Shown here: in pieces, positions 16,883 to 26,983 of the stretch
Layout: every line of letters starts with the position of its first letter
How positions within the stretch are numbered: the stretch's first letter is position 1
Source: a virus
Strand: one strand, 5' to 3'
Length of the DNA: 64,000 nt
IMG/VR virus record: IMGVR_UViG_3300025122_000009
Coordinates: 1-64,000 of that record
Made by a program: the position numbers and the translations under genes
The notes under the pieces: generated by a model
Told to the model about the DNA's origin: nothing
The model's database searches: none
Seen by the model: only the letters and a program-made list of their open reading frames with translations

Positions 16883-19627
16883 ATGTCTGCGATTGGAAAA
16901 TGGACACTTGGAAAATTAAGACGTTTTATTTGCATTGTCGTAAACTCTGATTGTCCTGCTGAAACTCCCGACGCCGGTACATTCGACACAATTCATGTCT
17001 CTCCAGGTCCAAGCGATTTTAATGGAGATGTCGTTGCCGGCTCGACTTGCGCTGATGAATTTTACCTTTCCAGTTCTCTAACGGCTAGTTGTGATACTTT
17101 AATATTAAATGACAAGAGAGTATTTTTTGGGGATGCATCGGGGATTAAGCCGGATCCTGATGGGGGAGCGATTTATCATGATACGGGTGTCTCCTACAGA
17201 CGCCTTGTTGTAAGTAGTTCTGCTGATACAAGTTTTTTGGGCGGCATTTATGGCCACCATATTGAGAGTGGGGCACTCGCTGGACCCGGCAGTTATATAG
17301 GCGTTAATGGCGATAGTCTGTTGGTATTGACTTCGGCTCAAGACACAACTCCCGATTTAAGCGGCGACAATATTGCTGGAACAAATTGTACTAATTACTT
17401 TTATCTTTCCAGTTCGTTAACAGCAGCTTGTGCCACTTACCTGTCGGGAGTTGTTGGAATTGGTGTACCGGGTGGTTTTGATTCGGATTTGTCACTAACA
17501 CCTCGACTTAAAATTTCAAATGCGGATGATAACACATCCGCTGGTACCGTAGTTGATATCGAGCAGCATAGTGATGAGATTGATGGCTCTGATCTCTTTT
17601 TCTACAAGACGAGAGGCACCAACGCTTCTCCCACTGACGTGGAAGGCAATGACCAGATAGGACTTATTCGTTTTTTCGGCCGCTTCGGTGGAACTCGTTC
17701 AGAGGTCGCTCGCTTTGAGGTGGGGGTTGATCAAGCCAGCGGGCAAGCCGCTACATTTGGTGATGCTCCCGGTTTTTTTCAAATCGCCACCACTCCGAGC
17801 GGTACTGGCGCACCGAGGCGGCGTTTTATTATAGCTGAAAACGGGAATGTTGGTATCGGGCCCAATTGGGGCACCGGCGGCCCATACAAGGATGAGATCC
17901 ACGCCCAGTTGCATGTTTCAGGAAGTGTCATTATGGGAACCGACTGCGACGATTTCGTTCACATTTCTGGCTCATTAACGGCTAGTTGTTGTGAACATAA
18001 GTTTCTTGGCCCTGTTATTATGGAGGAGGGCGCCGGCTCTGCATGCACGCCTCCGAAGTTTTATTTTACAAAGAGTAATCCCGGGGTTACACATGAGATT
18101 TCTCTTTCGGGTTCGTGGTTGTCTGCCTCGACGGGAATAACTCATGTAAGTGGAGGTATCACCCAATATGCTGCTTCCGCTGCTTACACAACGATTTCTA
18201 CTTCTGGTTCTCTTACAACGGGATCGGACGGAATAGTTATAATCAAGCCGGGAAAAATTGGTATTGGTACAGATAATCCCGCTACCGCACTTCAGGTCGC
18301 GGGTACAATACGTGCGCAAGAGATCTCTATTGTTGGCGGCGCTATTACGGGCAGCCGAGCTATTTTTACTGAGACTTTAAATGTGACTGGCGCGATCACA
18401 ACTGCTGCGGCTATTGTTGCCACTGGCTCTGTCCGAGCAGCCGGCGATCTCTACACAAATCAGATTAGAAGAAACTCAAGCAACTCCACAACTACTAAAA
18501 TCAATCTTGACGCTAGTGCGCAAAAGTTTTTTGTTGGCCACTCCAGCAATGAAATGATTAAAATCACTTCCGCCGGCCTCTTTGTTAAGGGTGCTATGTC
18601 GGGTTCAAGCACTCTTAAAACTGCTGGTGCTATCACGACTGCCGGAGCTTTAAACGTAACAGGCACCATCACGGCTGCTGGTATAGCTAGCGGCACAATT
18701 GCTGGACCCGGAAGCTACGTTGGACTTAATGCAAACAACCAACTTGTATTGACTGCTTCTGCCGCAGGCGGCAGTACAAGTCCTGGTGGAAGTGACACAC
18801 AAATACAATACAATAATGGTAGTTCTTTTGGAGGGGTCGCTTCTTTAACATATAATGACGGCACAGGTCATTTAAATGTTATTGACGATAAGAAACTTTA
18901 TTTTGGCACAGGCGATGATGCTTCTATTGAATATGATGAAAATGGAACCGACCGACTAATCATCAGCGGACCCGCATCCGGTATTGATATTACAGGCTCT
19001 ATTTTCGCTACCGGTATAGCAAGCGGTTCAATTGCTGGCCCGGGAAGCTACGTTGGACTTAATGCAAGCAACCAACTTGTATTGACTGCTTCTGCTGGCG
19101 GTGGCGGCACAGACACAAATGAATTTGTAATTACGTGTCAAGGGTTTACATACAGTCATACATCTAATACATATTTTCGTACCCTCCCTGGAAGTGCCGG
19201 CGGAATTGGCTACTGGACCACAGCAGAAGCTGGGCAAACCACTAACGCGGGTGACACACTTACCATTGATTATCAACTTGCTGGGCCATCTGGAGCTACT
19301 TTTATTGCTCCTGCCGCTTGCACGATAACTGAGCTTCGGGGCTATATTAAGTGTGGATCCGGAGCAGATATTTTAACTGCTAGATTATACAAAGCTACCG
19401 GCACGGACGATACGACTGGTACTAGTGATTCGATGACTGCTACACAAATCAATGCTGGCGCCGCAATATCGGCTGCTACAAATGGAAAGTGTTTCACACT
19501 AGCTGAAACAATTAGTAGTGATAATGCTTTAGCTGCTGGAGAATCACTTATATTAGCATTTACTGCCAATGGTTCATCAACACAAAAGAATTATTTTACA
19601 ATTACCATTCGTGGGGTATGGAGTTAA
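16883..19627 (+). CDS. Tail fibre / receptor-binding protein
   Basis: G/S/T-rich; GNVGIG and GKIGIGTDNPATALQVAG fibre motifs; PGGSDTQIQYN motif; internal repeats. Confidence 0.75.
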   Translation: MSAIGKWTLGKLRRFICIVVNSDCPAETPDAGTFDTIHVSPGPSDFNGDVVAGSTCADEFYLSSSLTASCDTLILNDKRVFFGDASGIKPDPDGGAIYHDTGVSYRRLVVSSSADTSFLGGIYGHHIESGALAGPGSYIGVNGDSLLVLTSAQDTTPDLSGDNIAGTNCTNYFYLSSSLTAACATYLSGVVGIGVPGGFDSDLSLTPRLKISNADDNTSAGTVVDIEQHSDEIDGSDLFFYKTRGTNASPTDVEGNDQIGLIRFFGRFGGTRSEVARFEVGVDQASGQAATFGDAPGFFQIATTPSGTGAPRRRFIIAENGNVGIGPNWGTGGPYKDEIHAQLHVSGSVIMGTDCDDFVHISGSLTASCCEHKFLGPVIMEEGAGSACTPPKFYFTKSNPGVTHEISLSGSWLSASTGITHVSGGITQYAASAAYTTISTSGSLTTGSDGIVIIKPGKIGIGTDNPATALQVAGTIRAQEISIVGGAITGSRAIFTETLNVTGAITTAAAIVATGSVRAAGDLYTNQIRRNSSNSTTTKINLDASAQKFFVGHSSNEMIKITSAGLFVKGAMSGSSTLKTAGAITTAGALNVTGTITAAGIASGTIAGPGSYVGLNANNQLVLTASAAGGSTSPGGSDTQIQYNNGSSFGGVASLTYNDGTGHLNVIDDKKLYFGTGDDASIEYDENGTDRLIISGPASGIDITGSIFATGIASGSIAGPGSYVGLNASNQLVLTASAGGGGTDTNEFVITCQGFTYSHTSNTYFRTLPGSAGGIGYWTTAEAGQTTNAGDTLTIDYQLAGPSGATFIAPAACTITELRGYIKCGSGADILTARLYKATGTDDTTGTSDSMTATQINAGAAISAATNGKCFTLAETISSDNALAAGESLILAFTANGSSTQKNYFTITIRGVWS
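18680..19095 (+). repeat. Near-identical 83-bp direct repeat in the fibre gene (18680-18762 and 19013-19095)
   Basis: Encodes GIASG(T/S)IAGPGSYVGLNA(N/S)NQLVLTASA twice; third diverged copy near 17266-17340. Confidence 0.85.
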
Positions 19628-19628
19628 A

Positions 19629-19874
19629 ATGAGTATTACGAAAGAACAACTTAAAGATGGCATTAAAGATAACAACACTTTTCCCGATGGCGACCTAGAG
19701 CTAGCCGACCTAAGAGCGGCTGTGGACGAGCTTCGTGAGGAGTATACTAATGAATTTGATGCACACATGGAAAAGGGCACAACAATTCCTGTAGAGTTAA
19801 TGAAAATTTATTTAAATTTGGAAAATTACGATCATATGCTTCTCACGATTCCTAAATTGCCGGGTACACATTGA
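19629..19874 (+). CDS. Hypothetical protein downstream of fibre (possible fibre chaperone)
   Basis: Likely start ATG 19629 (MSITKEQLKDGIKD) right after the fibre stop, GGAG upstream. Confidence 0.5.
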   Translation: MSITKEQLKDGIKDNNTFPDGDLELADLRAAVDELREEYTNEFDAHMEKGTTIPVELMKIYLNLENYDHMLLTIPKLPGTH

Positions 19875-19876
19875 AG

Positions 19877-20314
19877 ATGAATAAAAAAGATTTAAACTAC
19901 ATCGTCAAAGTAGAAAAAGCTATCGCAAAGAAGTATGGCGAAGAAGCTATTCAAAATCCAAGAGCAAATTGGAACGACGAAAAAGAGCAAGATTATCTTG
20001 AGCAAATTAAGATATTACACAAGAAAGAAATGAAGCAGAGGGACAAAGAAGAGAAAGTTCAAAAAGATGGGTTTTTAGTATCCAAAAAACTACTTAATAA
20101 AAGAGAGGATAGGACTTGCCCAGCATGCTTTAGCTATTCTTTCAAACCTGTAGATGATGTGTACATGAATAAATATGATTGTTGTCATCGTTGTTACAGG
20201 GGTTTTGTTAAGGGAAACGAAGAACTCTGGATGGATTTGAGCGAGCGAGTGGAATTTTTAGTTTCCTATTATGCACAAGGAGAAGACGATGGCAACCGCA
20301 TTAGAAATTGTTAG
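19877..20314 (+). CDS. Hypothetical protein with Zn-finger-like Cys cluster
   Basis: CPAC...CCHRC. Confidence 0.55.
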   Translation: MNKKDLNYIVKVEKAIAKKYGEEAIQNPRANWNDEKEQDYLEQIKILHKKEMKQRDKEEKVQKDGFLVSKKLLNKREDRTCPACFSYSFKPVDDVYMNKYDCCHRCYRGFVKGNEELWMDLSERVEFLVSYYAQGEDDGNRIRNC

Positions 20315-20906
20315 AGGTATTTCACAAGTAATGGCCAACTCATATGATGGGGCTATGGACGAAGAAGGCAACAAAATTGAAGTTGGCCTCAATCGCGAGG
20401 AGGGTAACCCCATCACAGACAGTCGGGTGATGGATGGCTTCGCATATACCATTTCTGGTAATCGGTTGAGACTTAGTTATCATGGAGGCTGTAGGTTAAA
20501 AGATGTCCATAACAATAATAAGTTTGAGGGCGAAATGGAGTCGATGATCAACAAGATCAAAAATTTCATCACCAGAGAGTATAAGAAAGTAACGGGTGAC
20601 GCCCTAACACTTACTAAAGACGGAGAAATAAACATACTCGTGCAGCCCATTTCAATGATTCGGACGGATATTGTAGCGAACCAACATTACAAAATTGGAA
20701 AGATGCCCGATGTAGTGGAGACAGAAGGGGGAGATAGAGAATTAGATCCCCACATTAAAGACTTTGCTGCACAGGTGAAGAAGTTTATGGCAATTGGGAA
20801 GAAAGAATACCCGGGCGTCAAGAAAGCAAAGAATATTAAGAAAGGGGCAAATGATAAAGACCCCGCAGTAAAGCGACTTAAAGATATGTATAAGACATAC
20901 AACTAG
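20289..20906 (+). CDS. Hypothetical (probably virion) protein
   Basis: AAGGAG RBS before MATALEIV; ACTACTTA at 20089-20096. Confidence 0.55.
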   Translation: MATALEIVRGISQVMANSYDGAMDEEGNKIEVGLNREEGNPITDSRVMDGFAYTISGNRLRLSYHGGCRLKDVHNNNKFEGEMESMINKIKNFITREYKKVTGDALTLTKDGEINILVQPISMIRTDIVANQHYKIGKMPDVVETEGGDRELDPHIKDFAAQVKKFMAIGKKEYPGVKKAKNIKKGANDKDPAVKRLKDMYKTYN

Positions 20907-20915
20907 GAGAATAAC

Positions 20916-21203
20916 ATGAAAGTCACAAAAACGTTTTTAAAAGATATTATCCGAGAGGTTTTAGAAGAACAAGAGGGACAACCTCAAGCCGCTGCGCCAA
21001 AGCAGCGAGCCGACGTAGCGAGGGTGTCGAAAAAGATGGGTGCAACTTCTGGACTGGCCGATATGATGCAAAATATTGACAACCGCTTGGAGTTACAAGA
21101 GTTGCTCCTCCAGCTTGTTCAGGGGGTGGGCGAAAAGCTTAAACCTCAAGACATTTATATGGCGCTTAATTTAGTGGCGAAACAAATTCAAAAAGGCCAA
21201 TAG
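20916..21203 (+). CDS. Leader-bearing hypothetical protein
   Basis: MKVTKTFLKDIIREVLEE leader; AGGAG RBS. Confidence 0.65.
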   Translation: MKVTKTFLKDIIREVLEEQEGQPQAAAPKQRADVARVSKKMGATSGLADMMQNIDNRLELQELLLQLVQGVGEKLKPQDIYMALNLVAKQIQKGQ

Positions 21204-21214
21204 GAAAACGTAAA

Positions 21215-21712
21215 ATGAACTTAACTAAAAATGAATTAAGAAGCCTCGTTCTGGAAGAACTAGAAGAAATGGAAGAATTGGATGAAGGCTTCCTGGACCG
21301 CATGCGAATGAAATTTGCCGGAGGCAAAGCCAAGGGCAAAGCTTACTTGCAAAATCTCAAAAGAATGGGTAAGCGAGCCAAAGGGAATATTGGAGGCGCC
21401 CCAGGCGCTTTACCTGCCGCCGGTGAAGAGGGCGGAGAAGGTCCAGTCAATGTCAAGAGAGCCGGCGCTTTTGCCGGGGCTAATAAGAAGCTTGAAATAT
21501 TCCAAAAAAGATTAGAAGATATGTATGAGGATTTATTTAAAGATTTGGAAAGCTTCGCAGATATCACCGATAACGAGGATGTTCATAAATATGGGAAAGA
21601 TCTAGGCAAACAGGTTAAAGCTGCGGGGACTGCAGCCGCAAATCTCCAGAGATTTATGAGCATGCTCGACAAGGACAAACCCGAGCCGCAACTTTCCCAA
21701 CGCGAGGAATAG
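21215..21712 (+). CDS. Leader-bearing hypothetical protein
   Basis: MNLTKNELRSLVLEELEE...LDE-GFLDRMR. Confidence 0.65.
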   Translation: MNLTKNELRSLVLEELEEMEELDEGFLDRMRMKFAGGKAKGKAYLQNLKRMGKRAKGNIGGAPGALPAAGEEGGEGPVNVKRAGAFAGANKKLEIFQKRLEDMYEDLFKDLESFADITDNEDVHKYGKDLGKQVKAAGTAAANLQRFMSMLDKDKPEPQLSQREE

Positions 21713-21720
21713 GATATGTC

Positions 21721-23304
21721 ATGTCTGACTTCCAACTATCTAAACAGCAAGTCATTAAAGAAATAATCAAATGTGGCAAAGACCCTGTACATTTCATAAA
21801 TAATTATACCAAAATTGCTCACCCCATCGATGGGCTCATTCCTTTTAAAACTTACGATTTTCAATCTGAACTCCTTCTGGATTTTAATGATTATCGCTTT
21901 AACGTTATTCTAAAAGCACGTCAGCTTGGGATTTCGACTATTGTAGCTGCGTATGTCGCGTGGATGATGATTTTCCATCGGGACAAAAACATTCTTGTCA
22001 TGGCAACAAAGTTTAGTACAGCTACCAATCTGGTAAAAAAAGTGAAGCACATGATCAAAAATCTACCAAAATGGATTAATATCGCTGAAGTGACAATAGA
22101 CAACCGTGCTTCTTTCGAATTATCAAACGGCTCACAAATTAAAGCTTCTTCCACCTCGGGAGATGCTGGCCGATCTGAAGCTCTTTCCCTTCTGGTCGTG
22201 GATGAGGCCGCCCATGTTGAGGGGTTAGATGATTTGTGGGCTGGGCTATATCCCGCACTTTCAACGGGTGGAAGGTGTATTGCGCTGTCAACTCCTAACG
22301 GTGTTGGGAACTGGTTCCATAAAACTTACGTTGATGCCGCAAACAAAGAAAATGATTTTTACACCACCGTCTTGCCATGGGATGTCCACCCAGATCGCGA
22401 CTTGTTGTGGTTTGAAAAAGAAACAAAAAACATGTCTCGCCGTGAAATTGCTCAAGAATTAGAATGTAATTTTAATACTTCTGGTGAGACGGTTATACAT
22501 CCTGATGATCTGGCGCGGATGGAGGAGCATGAATGTTGTGAACCTAAATATAAAACGGGGTTTGATCGTAATTTATGGATTTGGGAAACTTACAATCCGG
22601 AGCATACTTACTTGCTTGTAGCTGATGTAGCGCGAGGAGATGGGAAAGACAATTCAGCTTTTCATATTATAAATGTGGATACTATGGAGCAAGTGGCTGA
22701 ATATCAAGGAAAACCTAATTTAGATATGTTTTCTAATCTTTTGAGCGAAACGGGCAGAGAATACGGGGATTGTCTTTTGGTTGTAGAAAACAATAATATT
22801 GGATTTTCTGTGCTGGACAAACTGTCCGGGGATTATGATTATCCCAATTTATATTACTCTGTCAAATCTACGCACGAGTATGTTGATCAACTTATAGCAG
22901 AGACACGTTCAGGCACAGTAGCGGGATTCACCACCTCGATGAAAACACGTCCATTAATTGTGGCCAAACTAGAGGAATTCATACGGAATAAACTAATTAC
23001 CTTGCGTTCTTCACGTTTGGTGAATGAGTTCAGAACTTTTATCTGGCATAATGGGCGCCCCGAGGCCATGCGTGGCTATAATGATGATTTGACATTAAGT
23101 TTCGCCATCGCATGCTGGGTAAAAGATACTGCTCTTACCACTAATCAGAGAGCGATGGAGTACAATAAGGCATTTTTAAACGCAATGACGACCACGAAAA
23201 CGACCTTAAATACGACAATTCCGGGAATGAATGGCTATAAAGAAGTGACAAAAGATGATAAAATAGCTGAACATAACGAATTTAGTTGGCTTTATAAAGG
23301 ATAA
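21721..23304 (+). CDS. terL: Terminase large subunit (gp17-like)
   Basis: LKARQLGIST Walker A, LLVVDEAAH Walker B, STPNG coupling motif, ADVARGDGKD and NDDL nuclease motifs. Confidence 0.95.
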   Translation: MSDFQLSKQQVIKEIIKCGKDPVHFINNYTKIAHPIDGLIPFKTYDFQSELLLDFNDYRFNVILKARQLGISTIVAAYVAWMMIFHRDKNILVMATKFSTATNLVKKVKHMIKNLPKWINIAEVTIDNRASFELSNGSQIKASSTSGDAGRSEALSLLVVDEAAHVEGLDDLWAGLYPALSTGGRCIALSTPNGVGNWFHKTYVDAANKENDFYTTVLPWDVHPDRDLLWFEKETKNMSRREIAQELECNFNTSGETVIHPDDLARMEEHECCEPKYKTGFDRNLWIWETYNPEHTYLLVADVARGDGKDNSAFHIINVDTMEQVAEYQGKPNLDMFSNLLSETGREYGDCLLVVENNNIGFSVLDKLSGDYDYPNLYYSVKSTHEYVDQLIAETRSGTVAGFTTSMKTRPLIVAKLEEFIRNKLITLRSSRLVNEFRTFIWHNGRPEAMRGYNDDLTLSFAIACWVKDTALTTNQRAMEYNKAFLNAMTTTKTTLNTTIPGMNGYKEVTKDDKIAEHNEFSWLYKG

Positions 23305-23308
23305 ATAA

Positions 23309-25237
23309 ATGGTAGATCAAACCAAAAACCCTCGTGAACAAGGTTCTCAATTATTTAAGCGTTTAACGAGATTATTTTCTGGACCTATTGTAAACTTTAG
23401 AGCGCAGACCCCCCGACGCTTAAAACGCCGCCAGCTAGACAAATATAATTTTACATCGGCTAGCGGAAAGCAGTTTAAAAAACAATCCTATGAATTGATG
23501 GGAAGTGGGTTTACGCCCAACTCCTTAATGGGTCAAATCAGTCGTGCAGAGAGATATGCTGATTTCGATCAAATGGAATATACCCCCGAGCTAGCCTCCG
23601 CTTTAGATATTTATGCAGATGAGATGACTACTTCGTCGGATTTACAGCCGTTGCTTAACATTGAATGCCCTAACGACGAGATCAAGGCCGTCCTAGAGTC
23701 TTTGTATCACAACGTTTTAAACGTGGATTACAATTTGTTTGGCTGGTGTCGGACTATGTGCAAGTTTGGAGATTATTTTCTTTACTTAGATATTGACGAG
23801 ACACAGGGGATTACAAACGTTATTGGATTACCGACTCCTGAAGTTGAGCGCCTGGAAGGAGAGGATAAAACTAATCCCAATTATGTTCAGTATCAATGGA
23901 ACTCCGGAGGGCTCACTTTCGAAAACTGGCAGATAGGCCATTTTAGGATCCTGGGCAACGATAAGTACGCTCCTTATGGTACATCGGTTCTGGAGCCGGC
24001 GCGCCGGATTTGGCGCCAATTAACTCTTTTAGAAGATGCGATGATGGCCTATCGTATTGTTCGTTCTCCGGAACGTCGTGTATTTTATATTGATGTGGGC
24101 AACATCTCTCCTAATGATGTGGAGCAATATATGCAGCGAGTAATGACGCAAATGAAGCGTAATCAGGTTGTTGATCCGTCAACTGGAAGAGTGGACTTAC
24201 GATATAATCCCATGAGTGTAGAAGAAGATTATTTTATTCCGGTGCGTGGGGGAGTTAGCTCTAAGATAGAATCTCTCGCTGGAGGGACCTACACCGGCGA
24301 TATCGATGACGTTAAATATTTGAGAGATAAATTGTTTTCTGCGATTAAAATTCCTGCGGCTTATCTCACTTCTACCGAGGAAGCGGCAGAAGAAAAGACC
24401 ACACTAGCACAAAAAGACATTCGTTTTGCGCGAACAATTCAGCGTCTCCAGCGGTCTGTGGTGACCGAGTTAGAAAAAATTGGCATTATTCATTTGTATA
24501 CTGTTGGCTTCAGGCAAGAAGATTTAATTTCTTTCAAGCTTAAGTTAAACAACCCGTCCAGAATTGCCGAATTACAAGAGTTAGAGCACTGGAGAACGAA
24601 GTTCGAGATCGCAGGGTCGGCAACGGAGGGATTCTTTAGCAAGCGATGGGTGGCTCATAATGTCTTTAACGTTCCTGACGAAGAATTCGTGCGCATTCAG
24701 CGGGAAATGTATCACGATAGAAAGTTTGAAGCACTCCTGGAAAAAGCTGCCGAAGCTGTTACTGCGGGAGGAGAGCCCGGTACCGGGGAAGAGATGGGAG
24801 ACGAGCTTGGTGGCGACTTAGGGGGAGACGAGCTTGGTGGCGACTTAGGGGGAGACGAGCTTGGTGGAGAAGAAATGGGAGGCGAAGAGGCCGGTGAGGA
24901 TGAAGGAATGTTGCTCGCTGCACCACCCGCCAAACGAGATGATATTGGAAGAAAAATGTATACATCCCGTGGTGCAAAAGGGAAAGATTATAAACCCGTA
25001 GTAAGCCGCAACCCAGCCGGGGACAGAAAGAAAAACCATAAAAGCAAGTACGCCGCCGAGATGGGGGGAGGCAACTTAAGAAATATATATAAAGGTTTTG
25101 AGCTATCAAAAGGAATTTATGAAGCGAAAGAACCTAATTATAAAGAAGATGAAAAAAAGATGTTTGAAGTTAATCGGGAAGTGAAAAAATTAATAAAAGA
25201 ATTGGAGTCACGAGATAATGAAGCTAAAGCACAATAA
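23309..25237 (+). CDS. Portal protein (gp20-like)
   Basis: EDAMMAYRIVRSPERRVFYIDVGN, EDYFIPVR, DIDDVKY motifs typical of T4 gp20; follows terminase. Confidence 0.93.
   Translation: MVDQTKNPREQGSQLFKRLTRLFSGPIVNFRAQTPRRLKRRQLDKYNFTSASGKQFKKQSYELMGSGFTPNSLMGQISRAERYADFDQMEYTPELASALDIYADEMTTSSDLQPLLNIECPNDEIKAVLESLYHNVLNVDYNLFGWCRTMCKFGDYFLYLDIDETQGITNVIGLPTPEVERLEGEDKTNPNYVQYQWNSGGLTFENWQIGHFRILGNDKYAPYGTSVLEPARRIWRQLTLLEDAMMAYRIVRSPERRVFYIDVGNISPNDVEQYMQRVMTQMKRNQVVDPSTGRVDLRYNPMSVEEDYFIPVRGGVSSKIESLAGGTYTGDIDDVKYLRDKLFSAIKIPAAYLTSTEEAAEEKTTLAQKDIRFARTIQRLQRSVVTELEKIGIIHLYTVGFRQEDLISFKLKLNNPSRIAELQELEHWRTKFEIAGSATEGFFSKRWVAHNVFNVPDEEFVRIQREMYHDRKFEALLEKAAEAVTAGGEPGTGEEMGDELGGDLGGDELGGDLGGDELGGEEMGGEEAGEDEGMLLAAPPAKRDDIGRKMYTSRGAKGKDYKPVVSRNPAGDRKKNHKSKYAAEMGGGNLRNIYKGFELSKGIYEAKEPNYKEDEKKMFEVNREVKKLIKELESRDNEAKAQ
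24796..24867 (+). repeat. 27-bp in-frame tandem repeat (about 2.7 copies) in the portal acidic tail
   Basis: GGGAGACGAGCTTGGTGGCGACTTAGG repeated; encodes GDELGGDLG. Confidence 0.9.
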
Positions 25238-26039
25238 GAAGAGGAATACCGTTTTTTTATTTGAAACGTTAGTGCGGGAACTTACTAAATCTATTATAAG
25301 AAAAGACCCCCGTTACAAAGAACAACTAGTTTCTATTATTAAAGAAACTTTTAACAAAGAGAAGATTCTTGGGAAAGAATTGACGTTATATAAATCTCTA
25401 CTTCAAAGACAGAATCTAAAAATCCATTTAGCTGAAAAATTAATTTTTGAGGCACGCAGCCAATATAGGAAACTTGATAAAGATAAGATTTTTGTAGAGC
25501 AAAGTAAATTAATCAAAGAGATTAATCAAAGTTTATCTAAAAAAGTCTTTGCGAACTATATCCCCAATTATAAAAGTATCGCTACCGTTTATCAAATATT
25601 TAATGATGAATTGCTTCCTAGAAAAAGAGTTCTTTTAGAAGATACCGTGGTGGGGTGGCTCACCGGCGTCCCCCACACCGAGGGGAGCAATCTACCAAAA
25701 GTAGATAATTTAGTAATAAGAAAATTTGTTGACAATTTTAATAGTAGATATGGCGCTGCCATGCTAAGGGAGCAAAAAGAATTATTACAAAAATACATTT
25801 TCTCCTTTAGGGATAACGGTGTCGAATTCAAATTATTTTTGAATGAAGAGTTGGGACGCTTAAAGACAGTCATTAAAAATGGGCTCAAGATAGAAGAAAT
25901 CGAAAAGGATAGCGTGTTGCAGCGCAAAAGCAAAGAGGTTCTAACTCTCATGGAAACATTTAAAGAGGAACCGCTTTCTAGTGCGATGGTAGAAAAAATC
26001 GTCAAGATTCAACATTTAGCCAGCGAGATAAAAAGCTAA
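25218..26039 (+). CDS. Hypothetical head-module protein
   Basis: 273-aa helical ORF between portal and protease; GGAG RBS. Confidence 0.6.
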   Translation: MKLKHNKKRNTVFLFETLVRELTKSIIRKDPRYKEQLVSIIKETFNKEKILGKELTLYKSLLQRQNLKIHLAEKLIFEARSQYRKLDKDKIFVEQSKLIKEINQSLSKKVFANYIPNYKSIATVYQIFNDELLPRKRVLLEDTVVGWLTGVPHTEGSNLPKVDNLVIRKFVDNFNSRYGAAMLREQKELLQKYIFSFRDNGVEFKLFLNEELGRLKTVIKNGLKIEEIEKDSVLQRKSKEVLTLMETFKEEPLSSAMVEKIVKIQHLASEIKS

Positions 26040-26593
26040 TGCCGATTACCGTTAATATAGGGAAAGAAGCTGTCGAAGCTTCCGAAGCAGAACAGAGACC
26101 TGTTCAAAGTCGGATAGCTCTAAATGCTCGAAGAAGTTTGGATGGCAATTATATGATTTTTAACCACCCTGAGATTGATATTATTGTAATGCCAGAGAAA
26201 AATAAAGTTGTCTCCTTTTCTAAGGAAAAGGCGAGCAAGAATGTGTATGACGCCCAGGATAGGCTATTCCAGTATTTAATTAGGCGTGGTACGATTGAGT
26301 TTGATTCTGTACAAGGGGGAAATATTTATAACTCTTTGGAGGCTTCAATTTTAGAATCTAAAATTGAAGGGGTTAATTCCGTTCAGAGCGTGCTGTATAA
26401 TATTGGTAAATTTTTAATGGAGGAAAAACCTTACTACGCCTTTCTTAAAAGTTATTTTGAGGAAGAAGAAGATTGGCTTTTGGATCCGGATGCCAAGCAC
26501 TCTACCGAACTCGGGGAAGTGCCCCAGGAAGAAATTAAAGGTGATATCCGCCCTGGAATGTTGCCTTATGGCCTATATTACGAGTATTATTAA
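26039..26593 (+). CDS. Hypothetical head-module protein
   Basis: 184-aa ORF coupled by TAATG overlap. Confidence 0.6.
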   Translation: MPITVNIGKEAVEASEAEQRPVQSRIALNARRSLDGNYMIFNHPEIDIIVMPEKNKVVSFSKEKASKNVYDAQDRLFQYLIRRGTIEFDSVQGGNIYNSLEASILESKIEGVNSVQSVLYNIGKFLMEEKPYYAFLKSYFEEEEDWLLDPDAKHSTELGEVPQEEIKGDIRPGMLPYGLYYEYY

Positions 26594-26604
26594 CGGAGGA
26601 ATAA

Positions 26605-26901
26605 TTGGATCTTTTATATTTTGTTTTAACAGCTTATGGATTAACTCAGCTTTTAGTTTTCGCCTCTATATTCCGCCCCATCCGCCCCCAGCATCATTTT
26701 TTCCATTGTGCAATGTGCATGGGCTTTTGGGTCGGCGCGTTTTTGTTCGGCATTAATGAGTTTACAGAACTATTTACATTTGACTATAACGTCGCCAATT
26801 TTTTTATTTTGAGTTGGCTTAGTTCTGGAACTTCATATTTTGTTAATATGTTATTAAAGGATGAGGGTATAAGGTATGAACACAAAATCACCAAAGAATA
26901 A
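26605..26901 (+). CDS. Small membrane protein with CxxC (DUF1360-like), TTG start
   Basis: GGAGGA RBS; hydrophobic segments; FHCAMCMGFWVG motif. Confidence 0.55.
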   Translation: MDLLYFVLTAYGLTQLLVFASIFRPIRPQHHFFHCAMCMGFWVGAFLFGINEFTELFTFDYNVANFFILSWLSSGTSYFVNMLLKDEGIRYEHKITKE

Positions 26902-26947
26902 AAAATGGCAACTTCAACGAGTTCGACGGTGTTGTAGTGGCTCTTAG
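26876..26947 (+). CDS. Possible 23-aa peptide ending RRCCSGS, followed by a hairpin
   Basis: MNTKSPKNKKWQLQRVRRCCSGS*; stem GCGGG-TAGTG-CCCGC at 26953-26967. Confidence 0.35.
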   Translation: MNTKSPKNKKWQLQRVRRCCSGS

Positions 26948-26983
26948 CTCACGCGGGTAGTGCCCGCATGAAGGAAAAATAGT

